Origin: Mobula birostris
Taxonomy: Eukaryota
Assembly (NCBI RefSeq): GCF_030028105.1
Contig: NC_092379.1
Span: 29,195,821-29,259,820, forward strand
Reading direction: 5' to 3'
DNA: 64,000 nt
Shown here piece by piece: positions 47,379-60,498 of this stretch. A program made the translations under genes and the position numbers. The notes beneath the pieces were generated by a model. That model was not told the DNA's origin and searched no databases. It saw only the letters and a list, made by a program, of their open reading frames with translations. Position 1 is the stretch's first letter. Each line of letters begins with the position of its first letter.

Positions 47379-47829
47379 TACCTCTTCCTAGAGATGCTGC
47401 CTGGCCTGCTGCATTCACCAGCAACTTTGACATGTCGGAGGGGACTATGTTGAAAAATAAATGTGCTAGGTTTTCTAACATTGACCTTAGGCCACAAACT
47501 TATCAATCACCCCCCCCCCCCCCCGTAGGACCAGTAACATCCTTCAAGAGGATTAAACACATGTGGAATTAATCTAATTACCCAGAGTCATTGAAGCTGC
47601 ACTCAACCAGGCAAGTGGTCATTGTCACATCACATAGATAGACAAGATGGTCAGCCCTGGGGCAATGGGCCGAAGGGGCTGCTTCTCCACTGTGCAACTC
47701 TTTGTGATTCCTATGGTGTTCTGTTGACCTCCCTGTACTCCTCCAGGTGCAGAACCCTCGGCTTGCAAGGAACTCAGAGCCCTAGCCCTCATGGAAGAGC
47801 ACTTCAAAGATTAAACAACCTCTGAGTGA

Positions 47830-48200
47830 AGATACGTTTCCTCTTCTTTTCCACCTAAACAATGCTGGAGGAACTCAACAGGTCAGGCAGCATCTATGTG
47901 GGGAAATAAACACTCGATGTTTCAGGCTGAGACCCTTCATCAGGACTGGAAAGGGAAGGAACAAAGGGCAGAATAAGAAGGTGGGTAAGGTGGAATAGAA
48001 GCTGGCAGGTGATAGGTTAGATCAGGTAAGGAGGAAGGGGTAATGGGAGAAGGGGGCTGAGAAGTTGGGGGTGATTGGTGGAAGAAGGACTGAAGGAGAA
48101 GAAATGTAATATGAGGAAAGTGTGGACTACTGAATAGAAGAAAGGAGGTTGGAAACCAGTGGGAGGTGATGGGCAGATTAAAAGCACAGGGGAGAAAATT
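47830..48200 (-). mobile_element. Penelope terminal fragment with hammerhead motif at ~47911-47948
   Basis: CAGTC-CTGATGA-AGGGTCTCAGCCT-GAAAC-ATC-GAGTG. Confidence 0.7.
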
Positions 48201-48599
48201 AGTGGAAATAGTTGACAACGCAACAACATTCAAGAGTTATAACAGAACTCGGTAAAAGCATTGTGCTGCACCTAAAATGTTCCAATTACACTGGTCAACG
48301 ATTATGTTTCTTGAATACTCTTGCATGTATCATATGTATTTTTAGCTGCTGACAATGAAAATCAACAAATTTCCCAATAAGGCAATATCTTTTGAAAGCA
48401 CCTATATTTTTATTTCAATTCACAATTCAATCAATTAAAATGTTGCACATCTTGTAAGCTGAAAAGTGTTCTACTGTGTCCAGGCATGCCTGGACATGCT
48501 CGGGCAGGGCAGATACTGCATGGGAGGACAGGTTTCAGAAAGACTATAAAGCATCACACATACACCGTTCTACGCTTTGCGTTTGCACGTATATCGGTT

Positions 48600-50530
48600 T
48601 GTGATCATGTTGATGGTCATGTTCTACAGGCATAGCATATTGTACATACTCACTATAATAAAGTGATTGTATTCTCAGGACTATTTGTGATAGCAAAATG
48701 TCTCACCAATGTTGTAACAGCCGTGATTCTTTCTGTTATATTTGTAGTGAATATACACTTAAATCTCAAAGATGGAGTTTGACTCCAAAAAGGTTTGATG
48801 TAATTCTTTAGTCAGGTTGCTAACCTGTGTTCCTGCATTGACATTCATGGGCTTTTGAATGCTTTGGGTTGCCAGCATGACCCACAGCAATGGCATCTTT
48901 ATATTGACTCTTCAGTGTTAAGCCGGAACGCTGCTCTGCTACACACAACAACAATGCCCACCCTTCAATATCAATGAGCTATACAGCACATGTGAAAGAA
49001 AACTCCCAAAATTTGGAAGTCTTGTTGAGACACATACAGTACAGCAACTATGATTATGATTATGAGGACACGCAGTCCCCTTTTATTGTCATTTAGTAAT
49101 GCATGCATTAAGAAATGATAAAAATGTTTTTCCAGAATGATATCACGGAAAACACATGACAAACCGACTTAAAAACTAACAAAAACTACATAATTATAAC
49201 ATATAGTTACAACAGTGCAAAGCAATACCATAATTTGATAAGAACAGACCATGGCACGGTAAAAGTCTCAGAGTCACTCGAAAGTCCCATCATCTCACAC
49301 CAGACGGTAAACCTCCAGCCAGCTTGCCGATGCACCATCCCGGAAGCATCTGACCACAGTCCAATTCGGAGTCCGTCCAAAAAACTCCGAGCCTCCGACC
49401 GGCCCTCCGACACCGATGCACTGAGCACCATCTCTGCTGAGCGTTTCGACCGCAGCTCCGGCAACAGGCAATATGCAAAGCCAAGGATTTGGGGCCTTTG
49501 TCTCCGGAGGTTCTCGATCCAACTACAACTGGAACATCCGTGGTGATCGGAAAGTCGTGGTGCTGCTATCAGGAATGCAGCTTATATAGACCGAGTACTG
49601 CTGTTTCATTTGCAAATGTGACAGCCATGCTAAAAAATCTCATTACATTGAGAAGGATTAGCCATTCCATATGCAATTGGTTCCGGAGTGGGAAAGTGTG
49701 GCTCTTAAGCCACTTGTAGACCCAACAAAAGATATTTTTGCCTCCTCTTCATATAAAACCAGGGCTTCGGAAATATTTTGTGAAAGCAATGAACAAGGAA
49801 GGTGAAGGATTTCAATATCTGAGACAAGTGTTTCCCCAAACAACCAATGCCAAGATTAAGGAAGGTTTTTTTGTTGGTCCACAGATCAAATAGGCCATCA
49901 ATGACAGGCAATTCAAAGAATTTCTAGTGGGACAGGAGAAAATTGCATGGAAGAAATCAAGGATGTTGTTGAATTTTTTCTTGGCAACTACAGAGCACCA
50001 AACCAAACTATGTGCAGATGGTTGACAGCATGCTTCAAGAATACAAAACCATTTTGTTTTCTGCATTCCTACTTAAACTGTTCTGCTGCAAATCTAGGCA
50101 CTGTCGATGATGAGCATAGTGAAAAGTTTCACCAGGATATTGTATCAGGGCAACTAGAATCCATCAATACTGACTGAGTAAGAACCCTTCAACACCAAGT
50201 ATAAATGAAATCCATCGACAAAATATTTTAAGCTTAATTGAACTATTGCACCATAATGAAATTAAATGCATCATAATCAATAAAAGTAAATTTCTTGTAT
50301 CTCCTGAGCCCTGCATGAGACAAGTAGTCGGAAATTATAGTTGTGTTGACATTCACATGGTCTATCATAACCACAAAAAAATTCTGAGGAGCCAACACCT
50401 GCAAAAAACAAAATTGCCTGTCCGCTGATATCAGATTTTGCATGCTAAATGCAGGAATAAACAGGTATAAAAGGTCCCAAGGCAATATTCAATGGAGGCC
50501 ATGGTAAGTCATTTCCAAGGTACTGGAAAT
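48600..50530 (+). mobile_element. Decayed DNA-transposon transposase (family assignment tentative, possibly Sola3-like), interrupted at ~49040-49540 by another repeat
   Basis: DSFCYICSEY, LYIDSS, FLPPLHIKPG, GFFVGPQIK, SEKFHQD motifs across frameshifts. Confidence 0.7.
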
Positions 50531-50779
50531 TATTTACTTTTCAACTAATAATGAATAGCAGATTGGACAATGGACAAATATTTCTTGTTCTAATCGTGCC
50601 CTTTCTTTTACAAATTGTGTTTAGTTTATGTTTAACTTTCATCTTTCTTGTGAATGCTGCTTGTCTCATGCTATGTGTCTGTGATATTCCTGAAAACTTT
50701 GAAAATAAACTCAACTTTGCCTGTGTCCTTGATCCTAATTCCTTTATTATCCAGCCATCTGCTGACCTTAACATTATGA

Positions 50780-51950
50780 GACAATAAGACAAAGGAGCAG
50801 AATTAGGCCTTCTGTACCATCAAGTCTGTTCTGCCTATCCATTATGTCTAATTAATTATCTCTCACAACCCCATTCCCCTGCCTTGTCCCCGTAACTTTT
50901 CGTGCCCTTACAAATCAAGAACCCAGCAAGCTCTGCTTTAAGTATATCCAATGACTTGGCTTCCACAGCAGTTTGTGAAATGAATTCCACAGCTTCACCA
51001 CCCTCTGGTAAAGAAATTCCTCTTTATCTCTGATTTAATTGGATGTCCTTCTGTTCTGAGGCTGTGCCATCTGGTCCTAGACTCCCCCACTGTCGGAAGT
51101 ATCCACTCCACATTCTCTTTGTCTAGGTCTTTCAATATTCAATGGATTTCAATGAGATTCTAATCTCCAACAAGTACAGACCAGAGCAATCAAACACTCT
51201 TCCATTTTCACACTCTCATTCCGAGGATCATTCCCATGAACCTCCTCAGGATCATCTCTAATGCCAGAATTTTTCTCTGAGGTAAGGGGCGCTAAACTGC
51301 TCACAATACTGCAAGTGCTGTCTGGCCAATGCCTTATAAAGCCTCAACTTTTGACCCTTGCTTTTATATTCTAGTCTCTCAAGGTATGATAACATTGCTT
51401 TTGCCTTCCCTACCACTGATTTAACCTGCAAGTTATTCTTTAGGGAATCCTGCATGAAAAATTTCAAGTCCCTTTGCAACACTAATTTCTGAATTCACTC
51501 CCTATTCAAAAAAAAAGACCACACCTTTATTCCTTCCACCAATGTGAATGACCATACACTTCCGAACACTGAAAGGCCTTCCGTAAACACCCTGCTCCCT
51601 CAACACAACCTCCACCCTCAGTCCGTCTTTGTATTATTAACAGACTTAGCCACAAAGTCATCAACTGCGTCATCCAGATCATGAACATTTATCATGAAAC
51701 GAGGCGGTCCAAACTCTGAACCTTGTGGAAATCCACTTGTTGCTGGCAGCCAAACAGAAAAAAAAACCTTTTATTCCCACTCTTGTCAGTCAACCAGTCC
51801 ATCCTTCCCTTTAATACCATGGGCTTTTATCTTGTTTATCACCCTCATTTGTGGCACCTCATCAAAGACCTTCTGAAAATCCAAGTAAGCACCATCAACT
51901 GACTCCTCTTTGTCTATTCTGCCTACTGTGTCCTCAAAGAATTTGAACAG
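50780..51950 (-). mobile_element. Decayed CR1 RT fragments
   Basis: ORF 51258-51482 (LRLYKALARQHLQYCEQF). Confidence 0.8.
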
Positions 51951-52689
51951 ATTTGTTTGACCTCCTGCATGAAGGGTGAAGAATGATGAATCCTTCCCAG
52001 GTAGATCTTTTCAAATATTCATCAGCCCCTGGGTGAAGAGTTTTCTTTTCCTTGTCACAATCCTGAACAACTGATCCCTTAACCTGAACTGGTCACTTCT
52101 TCTTCTGGTGTTCTGACCTCGGGAAAACTTTATCCAGCTGGTTCAGCTCTGCAATAACTTCACAACTTCTAAACATTCCTTTTTCTTATAAGCTAATAAC
52201 GTGGCCTTTTTTAAACCACTCTTTCACTACGAGAATGCTGTCTGGGTTAGAGAGCATAAGCTGTCATGAGAGGTTGGACAACCCAGGGTTGCTTTCTGTG
52301 GGGCAGCAGAGGCTGAGGGGTTTGGGGAGGTCAGATAGATGCTTATAAGGTTATGAGTGACGTAGACAGAGTAGACAGTCATTATATTTTACTTAGGGTT
52401 GAAATGTGAATTACAGGTGAGAGGGATAAGTTGAAAGGAGATGTGCGGAGGAAGTTGTTTACAAGCAGAGCAATGGATGTCTGGAATGTGCTGCATGCAG
52501 TGCTGGTTCAGAGTTCAAAGTTCAAAGTAGATTGGTTATCAATGGGCGTGGAAGAGGGAATTCAAGAGACTTTTAGTGAATGTGCGGCAAATGGAGAGAT
52601 ATGGACATTTTGTAGGCAGAAGGGATTAGTGTAGTCGGGCATTTGATTACCAATATAATGAACTTGGGTGGCAATTGCTAGATTCCACT

Positions 52690-53700
52690 CAGAGAGGCAA
52701 ATCGTGAGTGGACAGCCTGTTGCCCAGGCTGTAACGCGGGTCCCAGATATCCTTCGCTTTGCCTTGGTCTCCGCTCTCCAGGTAGAGGCCAGCAAAATCT
52801 CTCTTGCCCGCATCAGTTTCTCCTTCCAGACTGTCTGCTGCAGGGTCCCCGACCTCCGCTTCTTGTTCCGGGAAGACAGGCGGAGAGCAACCGAACGGTG
52901 ACATCCCATGCGCCGAGTGCTGTAAGGTGTTGCGGGTGACCTCTACCCGCTTTAAATAGTCACACAACTCAACAGGTCTTTTGGAGGCCAGGTCTCTCAG
53001 GGTATGTTCCAAACCTTGGTTGGTCCATTCCATCTGGCCGTTGCACCGCTTTGTCTGGCCTTTCCTGCTCCAAACCAAATTGTAGGCACACCGGAGGTGT
53101 AACTTTATGCAAACCCTTGCCCCTTGGAGCATCACAAGTCGTATTCACAAGAGGAAGGGGGTAGTGATTCTTGGTCGTTATGTGGTTTAATACTGGATAA
53201 TCAATGACAGGCCGCAAGCTCCTGTCTTTCTTTCGTAGAAAAAAGAAACCAGAGCCGGCGGGTGGGGTGGAGCGTCCAATGAAGCCTGTGGCAAGAGCTT
53301 CCTTTACCTACTCCTCCACGACACTTCTCTCTGGGCCTGAGAGCGTGTACAACCGACCCCACAGAATACAGGTGCCGGGCAGCAGGTGTCTGGCACAGTC
53401 TTCTGTCGAGGCCTTTTCCTTGCTGAAAACCTCCTCCAAGTCCTTGTAAACAGAGGGGATTTTGACCGGTTGGGTGATGCTATCTCCTATGGACCTTCCT
53501 TCAAGGCCGACTCCTGAGACTTCTTTGGTGACAGCGGTGGTTCGAAGGGCTTGAGAGTCCTCTCTTGGAGCTCACGAAGTTCATCCGTGGAAACACTGGC
53601 CAAATCAGAGTCCGACTCCCCTGTCTGTATCCACAGGCAATGGCAGTGAGGCATTACAGAGGGTTCCTGCATCCCCGAGAATAAGCTTCAAGGATCGGTG
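52690..53700 (-). mobile_element. Ty3/Gypsy pol remnant (RT and integrase pieces)
   Basis: [12 protein letters not shown] (RT); [16 protein letters not shown] (integrase). Confidence 0.8.
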
Positions 53701-55069
53701 TGAACGAGTCCTTCACTTCCTTGAGACCTGGTGGTATCTAGCGACCTTTTATCCAATATTTTCATTTAATTTGATTTATTACTCTTTCAATCTTTTTTTT
53801 TCAAAGTTTTAGATTTGCTCAGAAAGTCTTTCTTTCTTTTTTTTTTGGTCGTATCCTCAAAATGGACTGCTCTGTCCCTTTTTGGGTTTTTTTTATATAG
53901 TGTAGTGGGTTTTTTTTCCTCTCCATTTAAAGCTCAATCTTTTTTCTTTTCTCTTTATAAACTGATAAGAGGAGAACTGCTATTTTCATTTTTTTATTGT
54001 ATATTTTATACTAGTTTAACAATATCTATGATTTTGTCAATGTTTATCTTAATCTCGGTTTATATTGTTACTGATATATATATTTGAGATCATTCTCCTC
54101 TTGATTGTATTTATGCTACTTTTAAATCAATAAAAGATTAATAAAGAAAGAGACCTGGCAGCTACTTCCCTTCAGCCTCAGGGCAAGTCTCCCAGACTGC
54201 TCGGATATTTCCTTGGTCTTCTCCCGACCAGGAAGCTCTCTGTCTGGTTCCTGTAGGATTCTGACTAGACTGTCGGGATTTGCACTGTCCCATTGGCCAG
54301 AACCAGCTTGTCTGTGCTTGAGGACTGGACTAGGTCTCCAGGTCCTATTCCCTTGCACTGAAGTTGTCCCCTTATAGGTCATTGATCAATAGAGAGTCTG
54401 GGTGTCGGAACACCATGACGTACACAAAGCCTCTTACTATGGGCCAAGCAATGACTCTCCCCTCTCTCCATTCCACAGGTGGGTTACGCTGGGACAGCTA
54501 ATGGTACTGGAGAATTAGGGGTAGGAGTGGAGAGTCAATGTAGAAACTAATATCTTCCACATGATCCCCTATCCTCATCTGTAAGTCCACAGTATGTGTC
54601 TGGGTCTGCCCGGAACTAGCAGTCAGCTGCCCAAGACGGTTTTGTGGGCAAGGATTTGCTCAACTCTCACAGTGACGTTTTGAACAGACGGGTGGTTTCT
54701 AAAGCCAGAAAATTACCTGCTGCTCCCGATTCCACAAAAGCCTTCTCATGCCTCGAGTTCTTACCCCAGGTGAACTCCGCCTTCAGCACCAAACCGGAAT
54801 CCGTGGGATTGGGCATAGCTGCTGCTAACGTCACAGTCCTCCGACACTAGACGATCTTAGTAGTTCCCCAGTTGGCTTCAGTTTCAGACATTCGGCCCGC
54901 AAGTAACCTGCTTCCCCGCAGTGAAGGCAGCAGCCTTGACTCCGACACCAGGACCTCTCATGGGTGGGGAGTCTACTGCAACCAACTTGCATGGGTTCAA
55001 CTGGACGGTGATGGGCTGGTCATGGCCGGAGGGTGGGGAGTAGAACTGCACTGCGTAGGGACTGAGCTG

Positions 55070-56305
55070 AGAAAGTAATGAGGCATGGGATCCAAGGGGA
55101 CATTGTTTCGTGGATCCAGAACTCGCTTGCCCACAGAAGGCAAAAAGTGGTTGAAGATGGGTCATATTCTACGTGGAGGTTGGTGACCAGTGGTGTGCCT
55201 CAGGGATCTGTTCTGGGACCCCTACTCTTCATGCTTTTTATAAATGACCTGGATGAGGAAGTGGAGGGATGGGTTAGTAAATTTGCTGATGACACAAAGG
55301 TTGGGGGTGTTGTGGATAGTGTGGAGACCTGTCAGAGGTTACAGCGGACATTGATAGGATGCAAAACTGGGCTGAGAAGTGGCAGATGGAGTTCAACCCA
55401 GATAAGTGTGAGGTGCTTCATTTTAGTAGGTCAAATATGATGGCAGAATATAGTATTAATGGTAAGACTCTTGGCAGTGTGGAGGATCAGAAGGATCTTG
55501 GGGTCCGAGTCCATAGGACACTCAAAGCTGCTGTGCGGGTTGACTCTGTGGTTAAGCAAGCATATGGTGCATTGGCCTTCATCAATCCTGGAGCTGATGA
55601 TATGGAACAAGCAGACATTCATGGGTCCAAGTCCACAGGACACTCAAAGCTGCTGCACAGGTTGACTTTGCGGTTAAGAAGGAATACAGTGCATTGGCCT
55701 TCATCAACCGTGGGATTGAATTTAAGAGCCGAGAGGTAATGTTGCAGCCATATAGGACCCTGGTCAGACTCCACTTGGAGTACTGTGCTCAATTCTGGTC
55801 ACCTCACTACAGGAAGGTTGTGGAAACCATGGAAAGGGTGCAGAGGAGATTTTCAAGGATGTTGCCTGGATTGGGGAGCATGCCTTATGAGAATAGGTGA
55901 ACTCGGCCTTTTCTCCTTGGAGCGACGAAGGATGAGATGTGACCTGATAGAGGTGTATAAGATGATGAGAGGCATTGATCATGTGGATAGTCAGAGGCTT
56001 TTTCCCAGGGCTGAAATAGCTAGCACAAGAGGGCATAGTTTCAAGGTGCTTGGAAGTAGGTACAGAGGAGATGTCGGGGTAAGTTTTTTTACACAGAGAG
56101 TGATGAGTGTGTGGAATGGGCTGCCTGCAACGGTGGTGGAGGCGGAAATGATAGTGTTTTTTAAGAGACTCCTGGATAGTTACATGGAGCTTAGAAAAAT
56201 AGAGGGCTATGGGTAAGCCTAGGTAGTTCTAGGGTAAGGACATGTTCAGCACAGCTTTGTGGGCTGAGGGGCCTGTACTGTGCTGTTGGTTTTCTATGTT
56301 TCTAA
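55070..56305 (+). mobile_element. CR1 3' portion inserted in the Gypsy relic, with a small internal duplication
   Basis: ORF 55078-55440 GVPQGSVLGPLLFMLFINDLD..KFADDTK; 55560-55700 repeats 55510-55590. Confidence 0.9.
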
Positions 56306-56329
56306 GGCTCTCTTCGGCCTCATGAAGTG

Positions 56330-57001
56330 GTCCCACTTCCGCCCTGCCAGATGACTATAGAGACGGATGGACTGGCCGATGAGAATCTAAGTTCTTTTCT
56401 GGCTCTCCAAGGCAAGGGCATCCTTCAGTTCGTCTCGGAGTCCATGGTGGTATAGCGTGGCCAAGGCTTCCCCGTTCCAACCAGCCTCTTGGGCCGAGGT
56501 CCAAAATTCGATCGCGTAGTCGGTCATTGACTGTTCCCTCTGTCGAATCTTCATCAAGTGGTCTGAGGCCTAGCTGCCTCCAGCGTGGTGATGAAACACC
56601 TTCCTCATGGCAGCCATAAACTCCTTCAAATCCGAGCAGAACTCTGAACCACACTCCCAATGCGTGGTGGCCCAGGCCAGAGCTCTTCCAGACAGGAGAG
56701 CGATAATGAAGGCCACTTCTCCATGCTCCGGGGGATCGGGACGGCTGAGTTTCATATACTAACAAGCATTGCATGAGGAAGCCGTTGCAAGAGCCCAGAT
56801 TACATCGAATCTCCCAGGGGCTGGTAGATGCACTCACTCCGGAGTGGGTCCAACTGGTTCTCAGAAGCGACTCTGGCTTCCTCCTTGCGAAGGTTGACCA
56901 ATGGCTCTGAGGAGACTGTGAATATTGAGGCTCTGTCTGGAAACATCTTCTCTGTGGCCGGTCACAGCAGATGACGGACTCTGATACGCCGCTGGGTCCA
57001 T
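56330..57001 (-). mobile_element. Sushi-like Gypsy gag remnant
   Basis: MDPA start at 57001; VAFIIALLSGRALAWAT, IRQREQSMTDYAIEF. Confidence 0.8.
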
Positions 57002-57749
57002 ATTGGCTCCATCATTCAGTGACGAAACTCATTGACAAGGATGCTGGAATATCGGAGGCTGGGATTGAGAAACTGAGCACAAACCAAATGCTAAAGCAAA
57101 TTGCTGGCAGACTTACAATTCAGTACTGAACCTTCTTCTTTTTCTTTTGACTTTTAAAGGCAGTTGGCAGTCCAACTTAAGGTGCATTACCGCTACCAAC
57201 TGGACCGGAATGTGTTGGAAAATAAAAGCCCTGCTAGTTCTTTATTAACTGAAAACTAAATTTCCCCAGAAAGCCCTGTAGATTTTAAATAATGAAAGAC
57301 ACTATTGTGAATTAAAGTCACTTCCATAACTTAAAAATTTTTTAATGAAAACTGTCAACCCCCAAAACTAGTACTGCAGCCCGCATTTGTTTTCTTTCAA
57401 CTTTATATGCGTCACATTGTAAAAGAATGTGTTCAACTGTTTCATACTGATGACAACACCTACACACCCTAGAGTGATGGTTTCCTACAAGATATAAGGA
57501 ATAATTAAGCATAGTATGCCCAATTGTAAGGAGTCAATACAATCCCTTCCCTTCTTGTCTTACCCCCTCCCCCAACAATCCAACAGTTTTTATGTATTCT
57601 GTAAAGTTGTCTCTTCTTATGCCTACTATCCCACAGATTTTGCCATAATCCCCTAATTCTTAGTCTCACCGACCCCTTAGCTTCTGATTTGCTAAAGAGC
57701 ACTGAACCTATATTCAGGTGTTCCTTAAATACTCAACTCTTGGTGGCCA

Positions 57750-58450
57750 AAACATGATTATCAATTAACGGGAATTTTCCAAACCCCTAAAAGGGCTGTG
57801 CCAGCTATCCATACTCCAGAGAGTTAGAGTGCTTAAATCTGGGTAGTGGCTTGGTTGGGGGCATCTCGTAACAGACAGTGGGAGCTGCAGCCTGACGTAA
57901 TGGCTGGGCATTGTGGTGGCTGATGCTTTAGGTGGGTGAGTGGTTCATTCTTTCTGCTGTTCACACCGGACCTCTTTCAGATTAATTTGATGGACGTGTA
58001 CTTCATAGGCTGCAACGCCATTCTGTTGCACATCTCTCGTTACCCTTCAGAGGGGTACAGAGCTGCCTTCTTGAACCATTGCCGCCCTGGAAGTGCAGGT
58101 TACATCCACAGTACCATCAGAGAAAGATATCTGGGATTCTGCCCCGGCGTCGGTGATGGAACGTGGATATATTTCCAAGCTGAGGGAGAGAGTAGCATAG
58201 CGGGCAACTTCCAAGAAGTGGTGTGCCCTATTGGATTTGCTGCCCTCATCCTTCCAGCTGGTAGAGGGGGTGTGTTTGGAAGGAGCTGCTCAAAGAGGGA
58301 GGGAGCTGCTGCAGGAGGTACAGACTGGGCTGCTGTGCATCATTGCAATTATCAATGACGGACCTCTGATACATCCTGTCTAAAGCCTTCACACTCTTCC
58401 TGTGGTGATGTTCATGGTGGATTCCAACATGCATGTAGATTGGGAAAACC
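57750..58450 (-). mobile_element. Decayed LINE fragment (CR1/L2 group)
   Basis: By-eye resemblance to LINE RT C-terminal sequence; no intact ORF. Confidence 0.5.
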
Positions 58451-58739
58451 AGGTTGGAGCCTGATCCCAGGGGAAGGAATTTGCAGGGTGCCTACAAGAT
58501 GGCTTTTTAGAGCAGTTTATGGGGAGCGACGATTCTGGATTAGGTGTTGTGTAATAAGATCATAAGATGGGGGAGCAAAATTAACCCATTTGGCCCATCT
58601 AGTCTACTCCATCATTCAACCACGGTTGAGTTATTATCCCTCTCAGTCCTACTATCCTGCCTTCTCCCATCTTTGATGTCCTTATTAATCAATAACATAC
58701 ACTGGGCAGCAACCTTTTTTTTTTGGGAAACTATTGCTT

Positions 58740-59510
58740 CCTCGGAAGTTTTTGTGGTTATCATAGACCATTTGGAGCTGAATACAAATATAATTTCAGA
58801 CTACTTGCATCACGTAGGACTTTGCAGAAACACAAAATTAACTCTTATTGAATATAAAACATTTACTGTAATTGCATAACTGCACTGATGCTTTCCAATA
58901 GTTCAATTAAGCTAAAAATGTTATGTTAATGATTTTCATCTGTACTCAGTATCTGAGGTTTCTTGCTTAAGTATCCAACAATAATTAGCCAGCCAGATGC
59001 CCTGATGACTGCAGTGTCCTGGTGGAACTTTTCACTAAGCTCAGCACTGACAGCACCAAGATTTGCAGGGAAGAAATCAAAATGGGAATGCAGAAAATGA
59101 GTCTTTAGTGACATGGTGAACTTCACGGTTTTGTATGCTTGAAGAATGTTCTCAGCCAGCTGCACATAGCTGCCAAGAAAAAATTCGACAACATCTTGAA
59201 TACCTTCCATGCGATTTTACTCTGGTCCCACTGGAAGTTCTTTGAATTGCCTGTCATTGCTGACCTGCCGGAGGTGTGGACCAACAAAATGCCTTCTGTA
59301 ATCTTGGTATCAGTTATTGTGGGGAACATCTACCTCAACTGTCAAATTCCTTCATGGAAAGTTTTGTGCCAGGTGACAGAAGATTCCATCCTTGCAGTCT
59401 TAAATCCAGTGATTCTTCTTTGGCTTTTGCCAATCCCAAATCTCTGACCAGGTCACTTAACTCAGATTGAGTTTTCAGATGAGGCTCACTCGACATAAAG
59501 GGTTAAAAAT
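58740..59510 (-). mobile_element. Second decayed copy of the 48.6-50.5 kb DNA transposon
   Basis: ORF 58926-59210 (MSLKTHFLHSHFDFFPANLGAVSAELSEKFHQD). Confidence 0.75.
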
Positions 59511-59579
59511 CTGTATCAGTGTCGTTTTCCATTCCTGACTCATGCATCATGGCCCCTTCATCTGCCTCCGCTAGACTCC

Positions 59580-60470
59580 CTATTTCTGGTGGCTTTGGTA
59601 CTGTTGGAGGGGCTGGTAGTGTTGAGGAAGCAGGGAGTCTGCAGAAGGACAGATGAAGAGAATGGGAACAGCCTCAGTACAGAAAGACGACCCTTTAGAA
59701 TAGAGGAGAGGAGGAATTTCTTTAGCCAGAGTGTGATGAATTTGTGTAAGGCATTGCTACAGATGGCTGTGGAGGCCATCATTTGGTATTTACACAGCTT
59801 GATTGGTCCTTGATTAGTAAGGGTGTCTTATGGTCTTGTACTCAAGCACCCTAACCAATGAAGGTAAGTATGCCAAGTGGCTTCTTTACACCTTATTGAC
59901 TGGAATAACCACTTTTGAGGATCTACAGACTTACACCGCAAGATCCTTCTGTGCATCCGTGCTCCCCAGCATCCTGCCACTTACTGTATACTTTCACCCT
60001 GCATTTCACTTCCCGAAATACATCACCTCATACATGCCCTGACTGAACTCCATTGATCTTGTCTCCATCACATTCCTAACTGATCCATATCTCTCTGCAG
60101 TTCAGTCAATACTGCGTCATTATGCTCCCCTACCTTTCTGAAAGATCTCTTTTAACCTGTCTCCATATTGTTTTTTTTTCTCTCTGCCTCATCCATTGTG
60201 TCATAGAGCAATACTGAATAGATACTGGACTTTTGGCTGAACCCACCTATACAGACCAGGGTGCCCACTCGGCTAGTCCTAATTAGCTGCATTTGACGAC
60301 TCTCCCTCAAAGCTGTGCTTCTTAAATGATACGATTGTACCTGCCTCAGCAATTCATATCGCAGCTTGTTCCATGTACTCATCACCCTCTGGGAGAAAAA
60401 GTTGCCCCTCAGGTCCCTTTTAAATCATTCCCCTCTCAACCTCAACCTATGTCTGCTGGTATCAGACTCT
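59580..60470. mobile_element. CR1 3' fragments in both orientations
   Basis: ERRPFRIEERRNFFSQSVMNL (+) and reverse-strand CR1 pieces. Confidence 0.7.
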
Positions 60471-60498
60471 CATACCTGAGGAAAAGACAGTTAACTTA

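Larger units (their letters stand above)
47157..47436. mobile_element. Inverted pair of Penelope terminal fragments, each carrying a minimal hammerhead ribozyme motif
   Basis: GGAGGGG direct repeat at 47150-47156 and 47437-47443; arms 47204-47311 / 47322-47429. Confidence 0.85.
46730..47525. mobile_element. Mariner-derived palindromic MITE with TA target duplications, interrupted by a 280-bp insert
   Basis: TA/CGAGGGGTGAT..ATAAG TIR at 46728 and its inverse ending CG/TA at 47525-47527; internal arms 46775-46926 vs 47041-47477; the arm encodes GIRVLHDRWTKCVNVGGDYVEK*, a mariner C-terminus. Confidence 0.85.

Noticed and set aside
56330-57001. Domesticated sushi gag gene (PEG10/RTL-like)
   Set aside because: It has stops and frameshifts and lies next to decayed pol pieces; an ordinary Gypsy relic.
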